64,000 bases of DNA, taken from Cyanophora paradoxa CCMP329. Taxonomy: Eukaryota; Plantae; Glaucophyta. The position numbers and the translations under genes are program-made. The notes below the pieces were generated by a model that was given only the letters and a program-made list of their open reading frames with translations, was not told where the DNA came from and ran no database searches. Each line of letters opens with the position of its first letter. Positions within the stretch are counted from its first letter, which is position 1. The stretch covers positions 248,001-312,000 of the forward strand of contig QPMI01000457.1 in assembly GCA_004431415.1 (NCBI GenBank). The letters run 5' to 3'. This document shows positions 30,601-40,006 of this stretch, piece by piece.

Positions 30601-32892
30601 CGATTGGTAAAGTGTGACTCCATTAAAAACGTTTCCGATTGCATTCAATTGTGCAAAAACTGGCTGTTGATCTATTTCGTCCCAATTGTGCCTATGGGCG
30701 AAATCTGTAATATCGGCTTTGACGTGTTCATGTGCAAAATCCGTAATATCTGCTTTGACATGTTTGTGTGCGAAATCTGTTATTTGGTCTTTTGTGTGAG
30801 TATGGGCAAAATCTGTAATATCGGCTTTGACGTGTTCATGTGCAAAATCCGTAATATCTGCTTTGACATGTTTGTGTGCGAAATCTGTTATTTGGTCTTT
30901 TGTGTGAGTATGGGCAAAATCTGTAATATCTGCTTTTACATGTTCATGATCTGAGGGTGGGAATTTTTCAGGTGCGTCAGGGATATTATCCCATCTAAAA
31001 TAATCTTCTGTTACGACTCTTGAAATATTTTCGTTATGAATGTTTTTCGCTGAGGCTCTCTGATTGATTTCTAAAAGACCCTCAGGAACTCCACCATTAT
31101 AATTTGTTTTAATCCATGCTACCTCACATTGTTTATAATCGTCACGATCTCCTAAAAGGGTTTCTGCTGCGAGTTGTTCACGACTGAATATAAGTTTTGG
31201 TCTTGATCCGTCCAAATCGCTAACATTTGTTACATTAATTTGTATAGTGGCGTTATGGTTTGCATAATTGACTGGATCAGAAGGGAGAGATATTAAACCT
31301 CCTGTCATCGGGACATCATCCACGTAGTAATTGGTTAAGTAGATTCCTGGTTTAGTGTCTTTGATTTCTATGCCACCACCAAGTGGTAATATTACATTTC
31401 TTGTAGGTGGTCTAATATAAAGTTCACCCTCCATAGTGGTGCCTGCATCTATTCCTTTGCGACTTACGTAGTAGTCATTTAATTGTAATCTTTCTGGTAT
31501 CTCAATGTTCTGATAGAGACTTACACCATGTGGAAAGTCTGTTAATATATTACCTGCGGATGCGAAGGTAGGCTGTAAATCGATTTCGTCCCAATTATGC
31601 CTATGGTCTTCTGGTGGAAACTGCTCTGGTATTCCATCGATATCGCCCCAATCATGCCTATGGTCTGTGGGTGGAAATCTATCTGGTTTATTATCAATCT
31701 CGTCCCAATCATGTCTGTGTTCCCCCGGCGGAAAAGTCTCAGGTTTGTTGTTAATAGATTCCCAGTCCACTGTGAACTCCAAGGGGAAGAAAATAGGATC
31801 AAAGCCATCTGGAAGCAGCTGCTCATGCGGAATCACAGGCTGCTCGTACTCGAGTTCTTGAACGTCTAATCCGTCGGGAATTAATTGCTCCTCCGGCTCT
31901 GTGTACATTTCTAGCGGGAAAACTTCGATATCAGGCGGCAGGTATTCCTCATGTGGATGCTTATAGGGTTCTATCACTGGACGATTTCTGACAGCCTCCC
32001 ATGATATAATATTTTGCCCGAAAGGAACTGTTTCATCAGCAACTCGCTCTCGACCTGGTCCATCCGGCGTTGGCGGCTTTGGTAGCCCTGGAAGAGGTGG
32101 TATAGGTGGTATAGGGACAATAGGTCCAAAGTAGTAGTTGAAAATGTTTATTATCTCCGGTTCAGTGATTACTTTTTTGCCGTCTTGGTAAATACTTGTT
32201 CCATGAATATTTCGCCACTGCCTGGTTCGAAGCCCTAGGTCATATCTATCATGCAATGCCGGGAGCAGGTGCCTGTCAGCCTCAATCAGGATAGAGCCAA
32301 AGGTGCATCCAGGAATATCTAACCTGGTGGCTGGCTCGGTATCGATTTGATTAACATCGAAACCGTACAAAATATTTGTCTCTCTTGCAGCAGTATATAG
32401 TAAATCCCAGGGAAACGGCTGAATTTGTGATGCTAGCACAGATATTCCTGCATCTTCACCAAGGAGAATTCTCCCTGTAATTTGGGCCGCAGTTTTGTTT
32501 GTGATGGCATTGGATTCATCAATTAGACGTAGAGCTGATATGTGAATCCCTCGATCGTTTTGAAGCCTAAATATTAATCTACCAGAATCATACCTGGAAA
32601 CTCTGCCTGAGGAGGCGATGCGCAGGTGCCGCGGCAACGCCCTGGATCCAATTATTTCAGCAACATAGTTTTCAGCTGGACCCAGACAAAATCTCTGTGC
32701 AATGTTCGGGGCGCCAACATGTGAGTTGCGCAGAATTAACGCAGCTGGGCGATTATACGCGGTCTGGTGTATATCTTTGTCAGCATTGTAGTCAGCCAAG
32801 ATGCTTCCGAAAACGCGAATATTTATATGTCGATCATCCACGAGATCTGGAGCTTTACGAAGTGGCACTGGCTTCTTCAAGATGTAGGACAT
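27655..32892 (-). CDS. Large fibre/spike protein with HxH repeats and C-terminal peptidase S74-like intramolecular chaperone
   Basis: SDRRYKTDI...LGLIAQDV...LIEAVKEL chaperone motif, YLPLTGGT fibre motif, HxHxKxxITDF repeats and three WxNCRYF[DE]I domains. Confidence 0.85.
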   Translation of the reverse strand: MSYILKKPVPLRKAPDLVDDRHINIRVFGSILADYNADKDIHQTAYNRPAALILRNSHVGAPNIAQRFCLGPAENYVAEIIGSRALPRHLRIASSGRVSRYDSGRLIFRLQNDRGIHISALRLIDESNAITNKTAAQITGRILLGEDAGISVLASQIQPFPWDLLYTAARETNILYGFDVNQIDTEPATRLDIPGCTFGSILIEADRHLLPALHDRYDLGLRTRQWRNIHGTSIYQDGKKVITEPEIINIFNYYFGPIVPIPPIPPLPGLPKPPTPDGPGRERVADETVPFGQNIISWEAVRNRPVIEPYKHPHEEYLPPDIEVFPLEMYTEPEEQLIPDGLDVQELEYEQPVIPHEQLLPDGFDPIFFPLEFTVDWESINNKPETFPPGEHRHDWDEIDNKPDRFPPTDHRHDWGDIDGIPEQFPPEDHRHNWDEIDLQPTFASAGNILTDFPHGVSLYQNIEIPERLQLNDYYVSRKGIDAGTTMEGELYIRPPTRNVILPLGGGIEIKDTKPGIYLTNYYVDDVPMTGGLISLPSDPVNYANHNATIQINVTNVSDLDGSRPKLIFSREQLAAETLLGDRDDYKQCEVAWIKTNYNGGVPEGLLEINQRASAKNIHNENISRVVTEDYFRWDNIPDAPEKFPPSDHEHVKADITDFAHTHTKDQITDFAHKHVKADITDFAHEHVKADITDFAHTHTKDQITDFAHKHVKADITDFAHEHVKADITDFAHRHNWDEIDQQPVFAQLNAIGNVFNGVTLYQSINIPERLFLNDHYVSLNGSFTGETGTPMVGTLAVRLPRDPIVNGVYSGDFNVGVNDTFPSIYVTNYHPGETGQVADFSAAIQVNVTDQSAYDGARPKIVFTREKVVNYLPVAGQPTDDHGKCEMAWIKTTSGGALEVNQRMAAKNLHNTTLSGVVTDDYLENKDYVTNTELQLAVTDFVTDTELTSALANYLPLTGGTVTGTVNATTLQIGGTTIPKGYDFDQLDVVSTDRSANNWNLGWTPRTGQAGCYTTPQNDEDCSACWMRWNVPTGMKTFYIQTMCWSNCRYFDIYGQTANGNQHFLRRLNVYQGIQASVHDGTQSSILFISINCEFYTKIYVQGRKGRIHLTGVFGWSRQRATDNEIGMISWDNIFSKPSFYSAADLPATAKWTTNTWLKSTDNIERFWFGNNDCTYIRGRTNGDNACVVFRNSADATILQSYENGNLAITNTVSAPTISGTIINGGSINATTNYKFGDKTMPRCVEYDAIVAENSPHGYAGGWGFEGGTAWEPYYNYGGYASNNESGDTVVNGSWIDYTIPTDLYTGTAHLTYLPWVNCRYFEIWGINRQGNAVFIARVNSYHQYESAPDGNHNGLQNVPIMLGNRFTRLRIIPKVGRVHIMGIGFTRTWTGSSYGGHTGYVSWDNIYSKPNLLTPSLVGNIIGFDTWSGTGSGGLSFSGSWGTGWTASVSNPVDGFYSIVEGDSTSGDWAQIEVPANMQTCHVQYLCWTNCRYFDIGGYRSGRWFHIMRVNTYQAISNYASADYHDGLAWASFACDYFTHVRFVARKGRCYIGMVGWTKEKGRTSPANGMISWDNVYSKDARTTWATGTWITSDDNYGRVYFGSSSTTYIKGYGYEMIHFRNGNDITMQAFYNDGDVYFWGWLTQGSDRRYKTDIKNITGALSAIEKLQGVSYKKIGDEKQKVNLGLIAQDVQKVIPEVVGKNHENYLTLAYTGLIPVLIEAVKELSQKCKSLQDQIDQWRSR
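30693..30948 (-). repeat. 36-bp coding tandem repeat (about 7 units) with a 108-bp higher-order duplication
   Basis: Encodes (AHxHxKxxITDF)n; the block recurs at 30693, 30801 and 30909. Confidence 0.85.
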
Positions 32893-32916
32893 TTTTATAT
32901 AAGCCCCCTTTTAAAA

Positions 32917-34401
32917 ATGAAGGTGATTCTCTCGTTATCAGGTGGAGGTGCTCGTGGAATAATTATTGCCAGAATTCTGCAACGGATCGAGGCGATTACT
33001 GGGAAAGCAATTCCACAGCTGTTTGATTTCTTTGCAGGCACCTCGACAGGGGCAATAATAGCGGCCGGTTTGGCTATCCCATCAACTCCAGGCTCTGTTC
33101 TCGCTTACCGATATTCTGCAGGTGATATCTTGAGTCTTTATCAAACGAACCTGCCAACAATATTTGCAAATCCAAGATCACTGACAAGCTTGCTCTCAGG
33201 AAGCCGCTATGATGCAAACCCTCTGGAGTCAGTGCTACTAGACGTTGCCCTAGACTACACAATTGCAGAATCGACCAAAGACATATTAATTACAGCGTTT
33301 GATACAGTTCGGATGCAGCCCGTAGTTTTCACCAAAGATGGGCCATACTCGAGCACGCTGATTCGTGATGCAGTTAGAGCATCTTCTGCAGCGCCTACAT
33401 TCTTTCCACCGAAGGTTCTAGGGGACAAAAACCTTGTTGACGGGGCAATTGCCTGTTTGAATAATCCCTCAGTTGCAGCGCTAAGCCACGCCAGCAAAAT
33501 TTATGATGCAGAGGATCCAATTGTTCTTGTGAGCATCGGCTGTGGTGAGGTCCAAGCTAGTGAGCAACTGACTGCAGGCTTTTCGAATGCGGAGACGTCA
33601 GGCTGGGGCGCTCTGGGCTGGATCCTATCCCTCTCAGGCAGCCCAATCATTTCTATGCTAATGGCTGGTAGCGAGCTGGAATCGCACTTTCAAATGCAGG
33701 AACTGCTTCCAGTTGATGCAGATAGGAATCTAACTAGATACTGGCGTTTAAGTGTTCCGCTGCCAGCTGCAGTCATGAGCAAACTTGATGATGCCTCCCC
33801 ATCGAATATTTCTTATTTGATTTCCACAACAGATTTATGGCTGAAACAAATCGAAATAAATGCTAAAATAAACGCACTCTGCAGCTTTCTATTGGCGAAC
33901 TACGACCAACTGAACGATGAGAGACTAATCATATCGTCTACTTTAACAGTTGAGCCGCCATTTTATGTCAACTGGTTTATAATTCCAGATGCAAACATCA
34001 CAAGCAACGACTTTGAGGAATTGCACCCACCTTCTCACGTTCGACCTAACTCAACAGGATTCCAAGGGGGCACTTTACCTAATCCCTGGATCAAAGTCGA
34101 GTTTCCTAAGCCTTTTGAGCTACATCAAATAATTATGTATGGGCCAGCCTTTGCCGCCGGAGTCCTATTTAATTTCAGCATTCTAACCAATTTAGGATAT
34201 TTACGAGACGGGTCACTATTTGAAAATACGGTCCTAGCAAATGTGCTTGCTGCAAACCCATCTATGACAGGCTTCGATCTAATGCATAGTGACTCGCACT
34301 TGATCACCCCACAGGTGTATAACTATGTGCAAATTATAACAAACGAATTTATAAATGTAAATGCGTTCCGGCTTGATTTCCGGGGACGTTACCTAAACTA
34401 A
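32917..34401 (+). CDS. Patatin-like phospholipase with C-terminal extension
   Basis: LSLSGGGARG, GTSTG nucleophile motif, ASSAAPTFF and VDGA; likely start MKVIL at 32917. Confidence 0.92.
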   Translation: MKVILSLSGGGARGIIIARILQRIEAITGKAIPQLFDFFAGTSTGAIIAAGLAIPSTPGSVLAYRYSAGDILSLYQTNLPTIFANPRSLTSLLSGSRYDANPLESVLLDVALDYTIAESTKDILITAFDTVRMQPVVFTKDGPYSSTLIRDAVRASSAAPTFFPPKVLGDKNLVDGAIACLNNPSVAALSHASKIYDAEDPIVLVSIGCGEVQASEQLTAGFSNAETSGWGALGWILSLSGSPIISMLMAGSELESHFQMQELLPVDADRNLTRYWRLSVPLPAAVMSKLDDASPSNISYLISTTDLWLKQIEINAKINALCSFLLANYDQLNDERLIISSTLTVEPPFYVNWFIIPDANITSNDFEELHPPSHVRPNSTGFQGGTLPNPWIKVEFPKPFELHQIIMYGPAFAAGVLFNFSILTNLGYLRDGSLFENTVLANVLAANPSMTGFDLMHSDSHLITPQVYNYVQIITNEFINVNAFRLDFRGRYLN

Positions 34402-35283
34402 AAATTGCAGTTCACCAGACCAAGGCAGGCCATTCAGAGAGACGTCATCACCATCTCTGTCGACAATGCGCAGCCGCAGCGAGGTCAGCACCAGGCGCTC
34501 TTTGATGGGGATCCACTCGCCGTCATTTTCCTGATTTATATAAACGAACTTGCCAACATCCTGGCTCATCTGGATTCGAGCGAGCCCGTAATTACACATT
34601 GATTTAGCCCCACGGCGAAGCTTTGAAGCAAAGGGTCGTAGCTCTTCGCAGACAAGGAAGAGGTACTGGTCGCTGTTCATGTCGATTATCTTTGGAAATT
34701 CGACAGTATAACCAAGTGGCTCACTCCGCATTCTTGCAGTGAAATCGACGCCGTACTCAGGGTGTGCAGGTGTTACTGGAATGCCAGCAACCTCGAGGTA
34801 CCGCTCAGCTGCAGTTACTGGTCTTTGCGGCCCTTCAAGCACAATAGGAGACAGCTGGAGGGGCTCATTTCGGTTCAGCCCGAGCAGATTCGATAGAGCT
34901 TTAAACTGGCAGGTCAGTGTGCAGGAACGGCTGCAATATGCAGACATTTTCAACGTCTCTGGGTCTCGAAACAATTTGAAATATGCGATTGAGATCCCTT
35001 CTAGCCTAATATTAAACGAGAGACCAAAGTTGTAAAGATCTGTCTCTCCATAATTTGCAGTAGTAATTATGCCTGGCTCAAAAACCTCCAGATTTTCTGT
35101 TCCAAGGTAGGGAAAGGTGATAGAAAGATACTCATCTTTAATGCTGGTGTAAAGGCTGTTTGCAAATTCGCACTGGGTAAGTCGTACAGCAACGGGGTTG
35201 ATTATAGGTTCGTTTATCTCGAGCACAAAGTTTGCCTCTAAATCCATTGGCCTTCTGTCTCTGCTGTCGAAGCTGAGCCGCAT
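34393..35283 (-). CDS. Minor capsid (penton)-like protein 1
   Basis: DSRDR...NFVLEINEPI...VRL at the N-terminus; YLFL..EEL, LARIQM and LRLRIVDRDG..VSLNG.PWS.EL at the C-terminus. Confidence 0.7.
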   Translation of the reverse strand: MRLSFDSRDRRPMDLEANFVLEINEPIINPVAVRLTQCEFANSLYTSIKDEYLSITFPYLGTENLEVFEPGIITTANYGETDLYNFGLSFNIRLEGISIAYFKLFRDPETLKMSAYCSRSCTLTCQFKALSNLLGLNRNEPLQLSPIVLEGPQRPVTAAERYLEVAGIPVTPAHPEYGVDFTARMRSEPLGYTVEFPKIIDMNSDQYLFLVCEELRPFASKLRRGAKSMCNYGLARIQMSQDVGKFVYINQENDGEWIPIKERLVLTSLRLRIVDRDGDDVSLNGLPWSGELQFLV

Positions 35284-35311
35284 TTTTATTCTCTAACTGA
35301 TATTAAAAAAG

Positions 35312-36268
35312 ATGCCTACGGACTACGTCTGCGTTGCAAGCCACCTGGCGGATGAGCTTACATCCACTTCAAAGTTTAAAGTAACGTTGCCAAAGATATA
35401 TCAGGATGTAAAGGCAGTGCGCCTGGTTTCGGCTGAGATCCCCAACACAATGAAAACAGTGGACAAGCTTGACCCTACCGAGGACCTTGTGTTTCGAACA
35501 TATATTTACTGGTGCAAGTATGATCCTCAAAATGAAGGCCCTGATCCGCCTGAAGCTGGCTTTGGACCTTGGCAAAACGTAGTTATCCCACCGGGGAACT
35601 ATACTGCTGGCGAGATTGCCGCTAATATCAATGTCTTATTGAGTGGCTCTGGGCTCAGCTGCACATATGATTCAGTGGCCAAATTAATAACGTTCACAGC
35701 AGAATCTCAATTTTACATTGCGCTCATTGTGCCGCAAAAAATTGGAGGAAAGGAAAAACGAGATTATCAAGCAGTAGCCAGAGCACAGCGCACTGCAAAG
35801 CTTCTCGGGCTTCCATCAATCCTGCCGATTCCTTCCGAAACAATGACGTTGACTACACAGTTTATTAAGGGTACATATGAGCCTGATACAACTCCTGATG
35901 ATCATGTGCTTCTTCGGGTGCCTGAGATAGGGGACCTAATTAGTATGCCAAACACATCAATCCCTGGATTCTTTGCAAAACTGTCAGTTCCAAGCACGGT
36001 ACGCCCTGGAGAGACAGTTTATTATGATTCTACAGAGTCGCACTCGCTCTATAAGTATTACTATTCAAAACGTGACCTTTCATCGCTTACTGTTGAAATT
36101 TATGATTATATGCAGCGAATCGCTGATTTAAGTGGAGCTCCTGTCTCAATGATTTTCGAGATTCGCTACGGCACAGATGAACCTAATGGTGATCCACTTT
36201 ACGAGCTTGCCAAGCTTCAGCTGCGAAAGCGATCCAAGACGTACCCATGGGTCAGCTCTTCAAATTGA
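35312..36268 (+). CDS. Minor capsid (penton)-like protein 2
   Basis: FKVTLPKIYQDVKAVRLVSAEIPN, IPPGNYT and LTVEIYD...DLSG..VSMIFEI; lies directly upstream of the MCP. Confidence 0.78.
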   Translation: MPTDYVCVASHLADELTSTSKFKVTLPKIYQDVKAVRLVSAEIPNTMKTVDKLDPTEDLVFRTYIYWCKYDPQNEGPDPPEAGFGPWQNVVIPPGNYTAGEIAANINVLLSGSGLSCTYDSVAKLITFTAESQFYIALIVPQKIGGKEKRDYQAVARAQRTAKLLGLPSILPIPSETMTLTTQFIKGTYEPDTTPDDHVLLRVPEIGDLISMPNTSIPGFFAKLSVPSTVRPGETVYYDSTESHSLYKYYYSKRDLSSLTVEIYDYMQRIADLSGAPVSMIFEIRYGTDEPNGDPLYELAKLQLRKRSKTYPWVSSSN

Positions 36269-36318
36269 GCTGACGCATTGATGCAAATTATTTTCTTTCA
36301 TAGCAGTTATACAAATCC

Positions 36319-37707
36319 ATGGACGTTACGCAGAATTTGCAGCGACTCGGTCTTAAAGAGCTCCTCACGACGCCCCAGGAGGCAAAGGATTTCTTTATGA
36401 ATAACGAGCTCATGCTGGGGATGACAAGCCAAACCAAACCGGTAAGGGTCGTCGTAAACCCGAGCAATGACTATGGCGACTGTTTCGGAAAGCGAGTCAC
36501 ATACTTCCTGCCTCGGTACAATTTTCTGCAAGGGCTCGAACTGCAGTTCACCCTTCCAGAGCTGACTGCATTTACTGGTGACACTGACCTTGTTCGCTCC
36601 GGCTATTTGCGTTCAGTCGGTGCACTTGTAAAGCGAATTGAGATCAAGTACGCTTCCTACAGCTACATTGTTCCGGAGGACTGGCTTGTGCATAGCGCCC
36701 TCCTGTTCAACGACGAGGCCCAGCTCAAAAAGAAGTATCGATCAGGCGGCTGGCTCCACGGAACGCCTCCTGCTGGAAGCAACCGCACTGGAGGCGTGTT
36801 TACTGTGAAAATTCCGTGCCCTTGGGAAGGCTCAGTGCTGCCAATTGGCGCCCTTTCTGGCGAAATTGCAGTTGAGGTCTGGTTCCGTGATCGTGCCCAG
36901 GGATTCGTCGAGACCAGCTTTGGCGCTCGCTTTGCAAAGACATACGATGCCGGTGCAGATGCCTCTGCTGATGATGGCCTTGGGGCTGTCGGAGCTGCAC
37001 CCGCCATTGTCGCCCACCTCGGCGAAAACCTCACTCCAAATCTTCTCTCGGTTACCCCCGCGGAACCACAGCTGAGCAACCCGAAGATTATTGCGTACTG
37101 CATCAACGTGGATGAGGCTACTTTTGCACAGGTTATTGAAAAGGTCAAATCGTCTGGAATTGCGATTCCCGCTACAGAGGTCGGCTGGGTTGATGCTGAT
37201 TCAATTACCTATGCGGGTGCTGGTGCGCCCACCCGGATTAATCTATCGCAGATTAGCGGGCTATGCTATGGCCTATTTGTCAGCATTCGCAAGCAAGCAA
37301 ACATGAATGAAAACAAAGGCAAACACAGCGTCCTGAAAACGGAGGCCAATGCTCGTGATATAACTATTTCCTGCGAATTGAATGGCCAGCGTCTTTATTC
37401 TAATGAGCCTGTGCCACTCCTTCAAGGTGCAGAACTCATTGCTGATGTGTTCAAATGCTCAAATCTCGATGCACCTCTTAACAGATATGTGCTGAGTGGA
37501 TTGCCATTTTGTATTAGTGGAGATCAATCGATCCGAAATGCAGCTCAAACTGGTTTCGTGGATCTCACCAACAGTAGCAGTTGCTTCTTGAATATAATGA
37601 ACCCTGCCGCTTATGATGCAGCCAACAAGATTTACGTTCAAGTCCGCGCTCTCCTGCACACTGTCCTGATTGTAGATGCTGCGGGCCTCCGCAAAGTGAA
37701 CCTCTAA
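36319..37707 (+). CDS. Double jelly-roll major capsid protein
   Basis: 462 aa; FGKRVTYFLPR...LELQFTLPEL, VKRIEI and LPIGAL patterns resemble NCLDV/PLV MCPs; sits between penton and ATPase. Confidence 0.8.
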   Translation: MDVTQNLQRLGLKELLTTPQEAKDFFMNNELMLGMTSQTKPVRVVVNPSNDYGDCFGKRVTYFLPRYNFLQGLELQFTLPELTAFTGDTDLVRSGYLRSVGALVKRIEIKYASYSYIVPEDWLVHSALLFNDEAQLKKKYRSGGWLHGTPPAGSNRTGGVFTVKIPCPWEGSVLPIGALSGEIAVEVWFRDRAQGFVETSFGARFAKTYDAGADASADDGLGAVGAAPAIVAHLGENLTPNLLSVTPAEPQLSNPKIIAYCINVDEATFAQVIEKVKSSGIAIPATEVGWVDADSITYAGAGAPTRINLSQISGLCYGLFVSIRKQANMNENKGKHSVLKTEANARDITISCELNGQRLYSNEPVPLLQGAELIADVFKCSNLDAPLNRYVLSGLPFCISGDQSIRNAAQTGFVDLTNSSSCFLNIMNPAAYDAANKIYVQVRALLHTVLIVDAAGLRKVNL

Positions 37708-37724
37708 TTTCACGGACTATCTTT

Positions 37725-38480
37725 TTGATGGATGGGCCAGACGAGCTCGCACAGTTCCAGCCTAGCGATATGAGGGTCCCATTTAAGGCCCTGTTTATAT
37801 CGAAATCTAATAGTGGCAAGTCATTTTACTGCACCAAGCATCTGCTGCGGCTGCTGTATCCAAAGATTAATCGAGTCGTCGTGTTTACCGCCACAAAATT
37901 CAATGGCGAATATTCGGCAATAACTAAAGAGCTTTACGACGATTTTCAGCCCTCTATCGTTGCAGAGATAATTGACTCACAGCGCAAGCTGATCGAAAAC
38001 AAAAAGAAAGCGCCACAGATATTGCTCGTCTTGGATGATCTCGTTGCCGCCTCTGAAACCGTGGACCTGCGAAACAGCAAGGCTGTAAATCGACTTTTTA
38101 CTCAGGGTCGTCATTTTAATATCAGTACGATTCTTATGACCCAAAAGCTAACAGCTCTTAGTCAATCTATAAGATCGAACTCCGACTATTGTTTTTTCTT
38201 CAGTTACTCTAATCACACGGAGCTGGAGGCCATCTACAGAGAGTTTAGCCATCTTCCAAAAGACGAATTTATAACCTTGTTTGAAACCTGGGCGCACGAT
38301 TATCAGTGCCTAGTCTTAGATGGAACTAAGTACGATACGGCCTGGTACGTTGACAAGGCTGCTGAAGATAAGAGCTTTCGTTTCTCTAAATGGCTAAGAC
38401 AAAAAGAAGAAGAAGGCCCTAAGACGGAAGAGTCTCTTGTGAGCTCTAAGAAGAAACGCCGATTTAAAATATCAGTATAA
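37725..38480 (+). CDS. A32-like packaging ATPase (element C)
   Basis: SKSNSGKS, LVLDD, QGRHFNISTILMTQ and IRSNSD. Confidence 0.9.
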   Translation: MMDGPDELAQFQPSDMRVPFKALFISKSNSGKSFYCTKHLLRLLYPKINRVVVFTATKFNGEYSAITKELYDDFQPSIVAEIIDSQRKLIENKKKAPQILLVLDDLVAASETVDLRNSKAVNRLFTQGRHFNISTILMTQKLTALSQSIRSNSDYCFFFSYSNHTELEAIYREFSHLPKDEFITLFETWAHDYQCLVLDGTKYDTAWYVDKAAEDKSFRFSKWLRQKEEEGPKTEESLVSSKKKRRFKISV

Positions 38481-38492
38481 GAACATTAAGAG

Positions 38493-39125
38493 ATGCCACG
38501 CGGAAAACCTATAAAGGGCTATCGGGAACGCAGGGTGCTCGCTGAGCCGAATGCTCCACTAATTGAGAGTGGTGCCACAGAGGGCGCAGCTGTCGCTGAT
38601 CCCAGCGGGGAGCTCGCAAGTGACCCCCAATTAAATGCCCCTGTAGCGAAAACAATTGCGTCCGCAGCTGCTGGTGCCAGTGCAACCGACGATCGTCACG
38701 CCCAGGCTAAAACTGTAAATGAAATGCAGTCTGATATCGATGATGATGCTGCTAGAATTATCCAAGCCATGGCCTCTGAACCACGCTATTCAGGGCCGAA
38801 AATAAGAACACCAGCTATAAGCAAAAGCCAGTTTGACGAGTTAGCTGCTAAATTACGCGATCTAGAAGCGAGGTCATCGAATATCGAATCGTATGTAAAA
38901 GAGAAGCAAGAGAGAGCAAAGATCCGCGATATGTTGCGAAGCGAGATGTTTAAGCACAGACCTATGGATGTACCAGATTTACGCTATTTGAAAAATGAAA
39001 AAATAAAGGCAGAGCAATCGCTTGATTCTGCCGAAGTAAAGCCAGCAACTCCAAATGTTTTTGAACCCAATTCTACGAGCTTGCAGATGAAGAATGCGAT
39101 AGGTGGGAGAAGGATTAGGTTGTAA
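38493..39125 (+). CDS. Conserved hypothetical protein following the ATPase
   Basis: KLRDLEARSS...ERAKIRDMLRSE...VPD...GGRRIRL. Confidence 0.78.
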   Translation: MPRGKPIKGYRERRVLAEPNAPLIESGATEGAAVADPSGELASDPQLNAPVAKTIASAAAGASATDDRHAQAKTVNEMQSDIDDDAARIIQAMASEPRYSGPKIRTPAISKSQFDELAAKLRDLEARSSNIESYVKEKQERAKIRDMLRSEMFKHRPMDVPDLRYLKNEKIKAEQSLDSAEVKPATPNVFEPNSTSLQMKNAIGGRRIRL

Positions 39126-39645
39126 AATTCAACTGCAAGAATGAACGGTCCTCAGCTGAAGAATGCTGAAGGGCATAGGTGTCTCTGGCTTTAGCAGCGG
39201 CTTCAGCAGTAGTATAGTAGCCGATGTGCTTATTGCGGCCATTTATCTTATAGTATGCTTTCCATTTACAATATCTCTGATCGAATGAAACACCAATAAA
39301 TCCTGATGTGTTATTTCGCTGTTGGCCACGATTCAAACTCTGCTGACGCTTTGTTGCCAGTCGAAGATTTTCGCGGCTGTTATCAAGCTTGTTCAGATTT
39401 ATATGATCGACAGTTAAACCATTCTCCAAGTCGCCGCTGATGAAGTTATGCAACAACACGGGCTTCCCATTGATCTTGGTTTGAGCATATCCAGAATTAT
39501 GTAAACACCAACGAAATTCGAGCACACGTTGCGCATCATCCTGACTAACAAGTGCATAGGCGACAATGACTTTACGTCGATTGCGGATACCACCAAGCGG
39601 AATCAAAGCAACACCTTCAGGAACATTTGGAATTGTGACCTCCAT
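39115..39645 (-). CDS. HNH-AP2 endonuclease
   Basis: VDHINLNKLDNSRENLR, NTSGFIGV and IGYY..AEAAAKARD. Confidence 0.88.
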   Translation of the reverse strand: MEVTIPNVPEGVALIPLGGIRNRRKVIVAYALVSQDDAQRVLEFRWCLHNSGYAQTKINGKPVLLHNFISGDLENGLTVDHINLNKLDNSRENLRLATKRQQSLNRGQQRNNTSGFIGVSFDQRYCKWKAYYKINGRNKHIGYYTTAEAAAKARDTYALQHSSAEDRSFLQLNFTT

Positions 39646-39675
39646 CTTCTTTTACAATCTGAGATTGCGATCTCT

Positions 39676-39903
39676 TTAAGGTAAATCAAAATCGGGCAGA
39701 TCCTCTCCTTCTACAGTTGGTCTCCTTTGCTGTTTTGCCAGATCATTCGATTGACAAATTTCAAAGGCCCGCTGCAATTCCCTTTTATCGTATTCACGGA
39801 GATGTTCCCAAGACATTAACCATTCAGCATATTTCGGATCGGTTAAAACTACCTTAAGGTGAGTCTCTCCTTGGTACTTTCCAAATCGAATTGTTCCTGG
39901 CAT
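39676..39903 (-). CDS. Small FGKY-motif protein
   Basis: IRFGKYQG...DPKYAEWL (DUF3820/ExoX C-terminal-like pattern). Confidence 0.6.
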   Translation of the reverse strand: MPGTIRFGKYQGETHLKVVLTDPKYAEWLMSWEHLREYDKRELQRAFEICQSNDLAKQQRRPTVEGEDLPDFDLP

Positions 39904-40006
39904 TTTGCTTTATATAAACCGCTGCGATTTAATTTTTCGATTTGAACGCGCCATAAACGTTTCTCGAATTTCTTTCCTATATAACAATCACAGCACCACT
40001 CATCAA

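Noticed and set aside
27655-34401. Bacterial prophage or contamination, suggested by the fibre, patatin and HNH-AP2 genes
   Set aside because: These genes are embedded among Polinton hallmark genes, no terminase, portal or tail genes are present, and the region is contiguous with intron-rich eukaryotic DNA.
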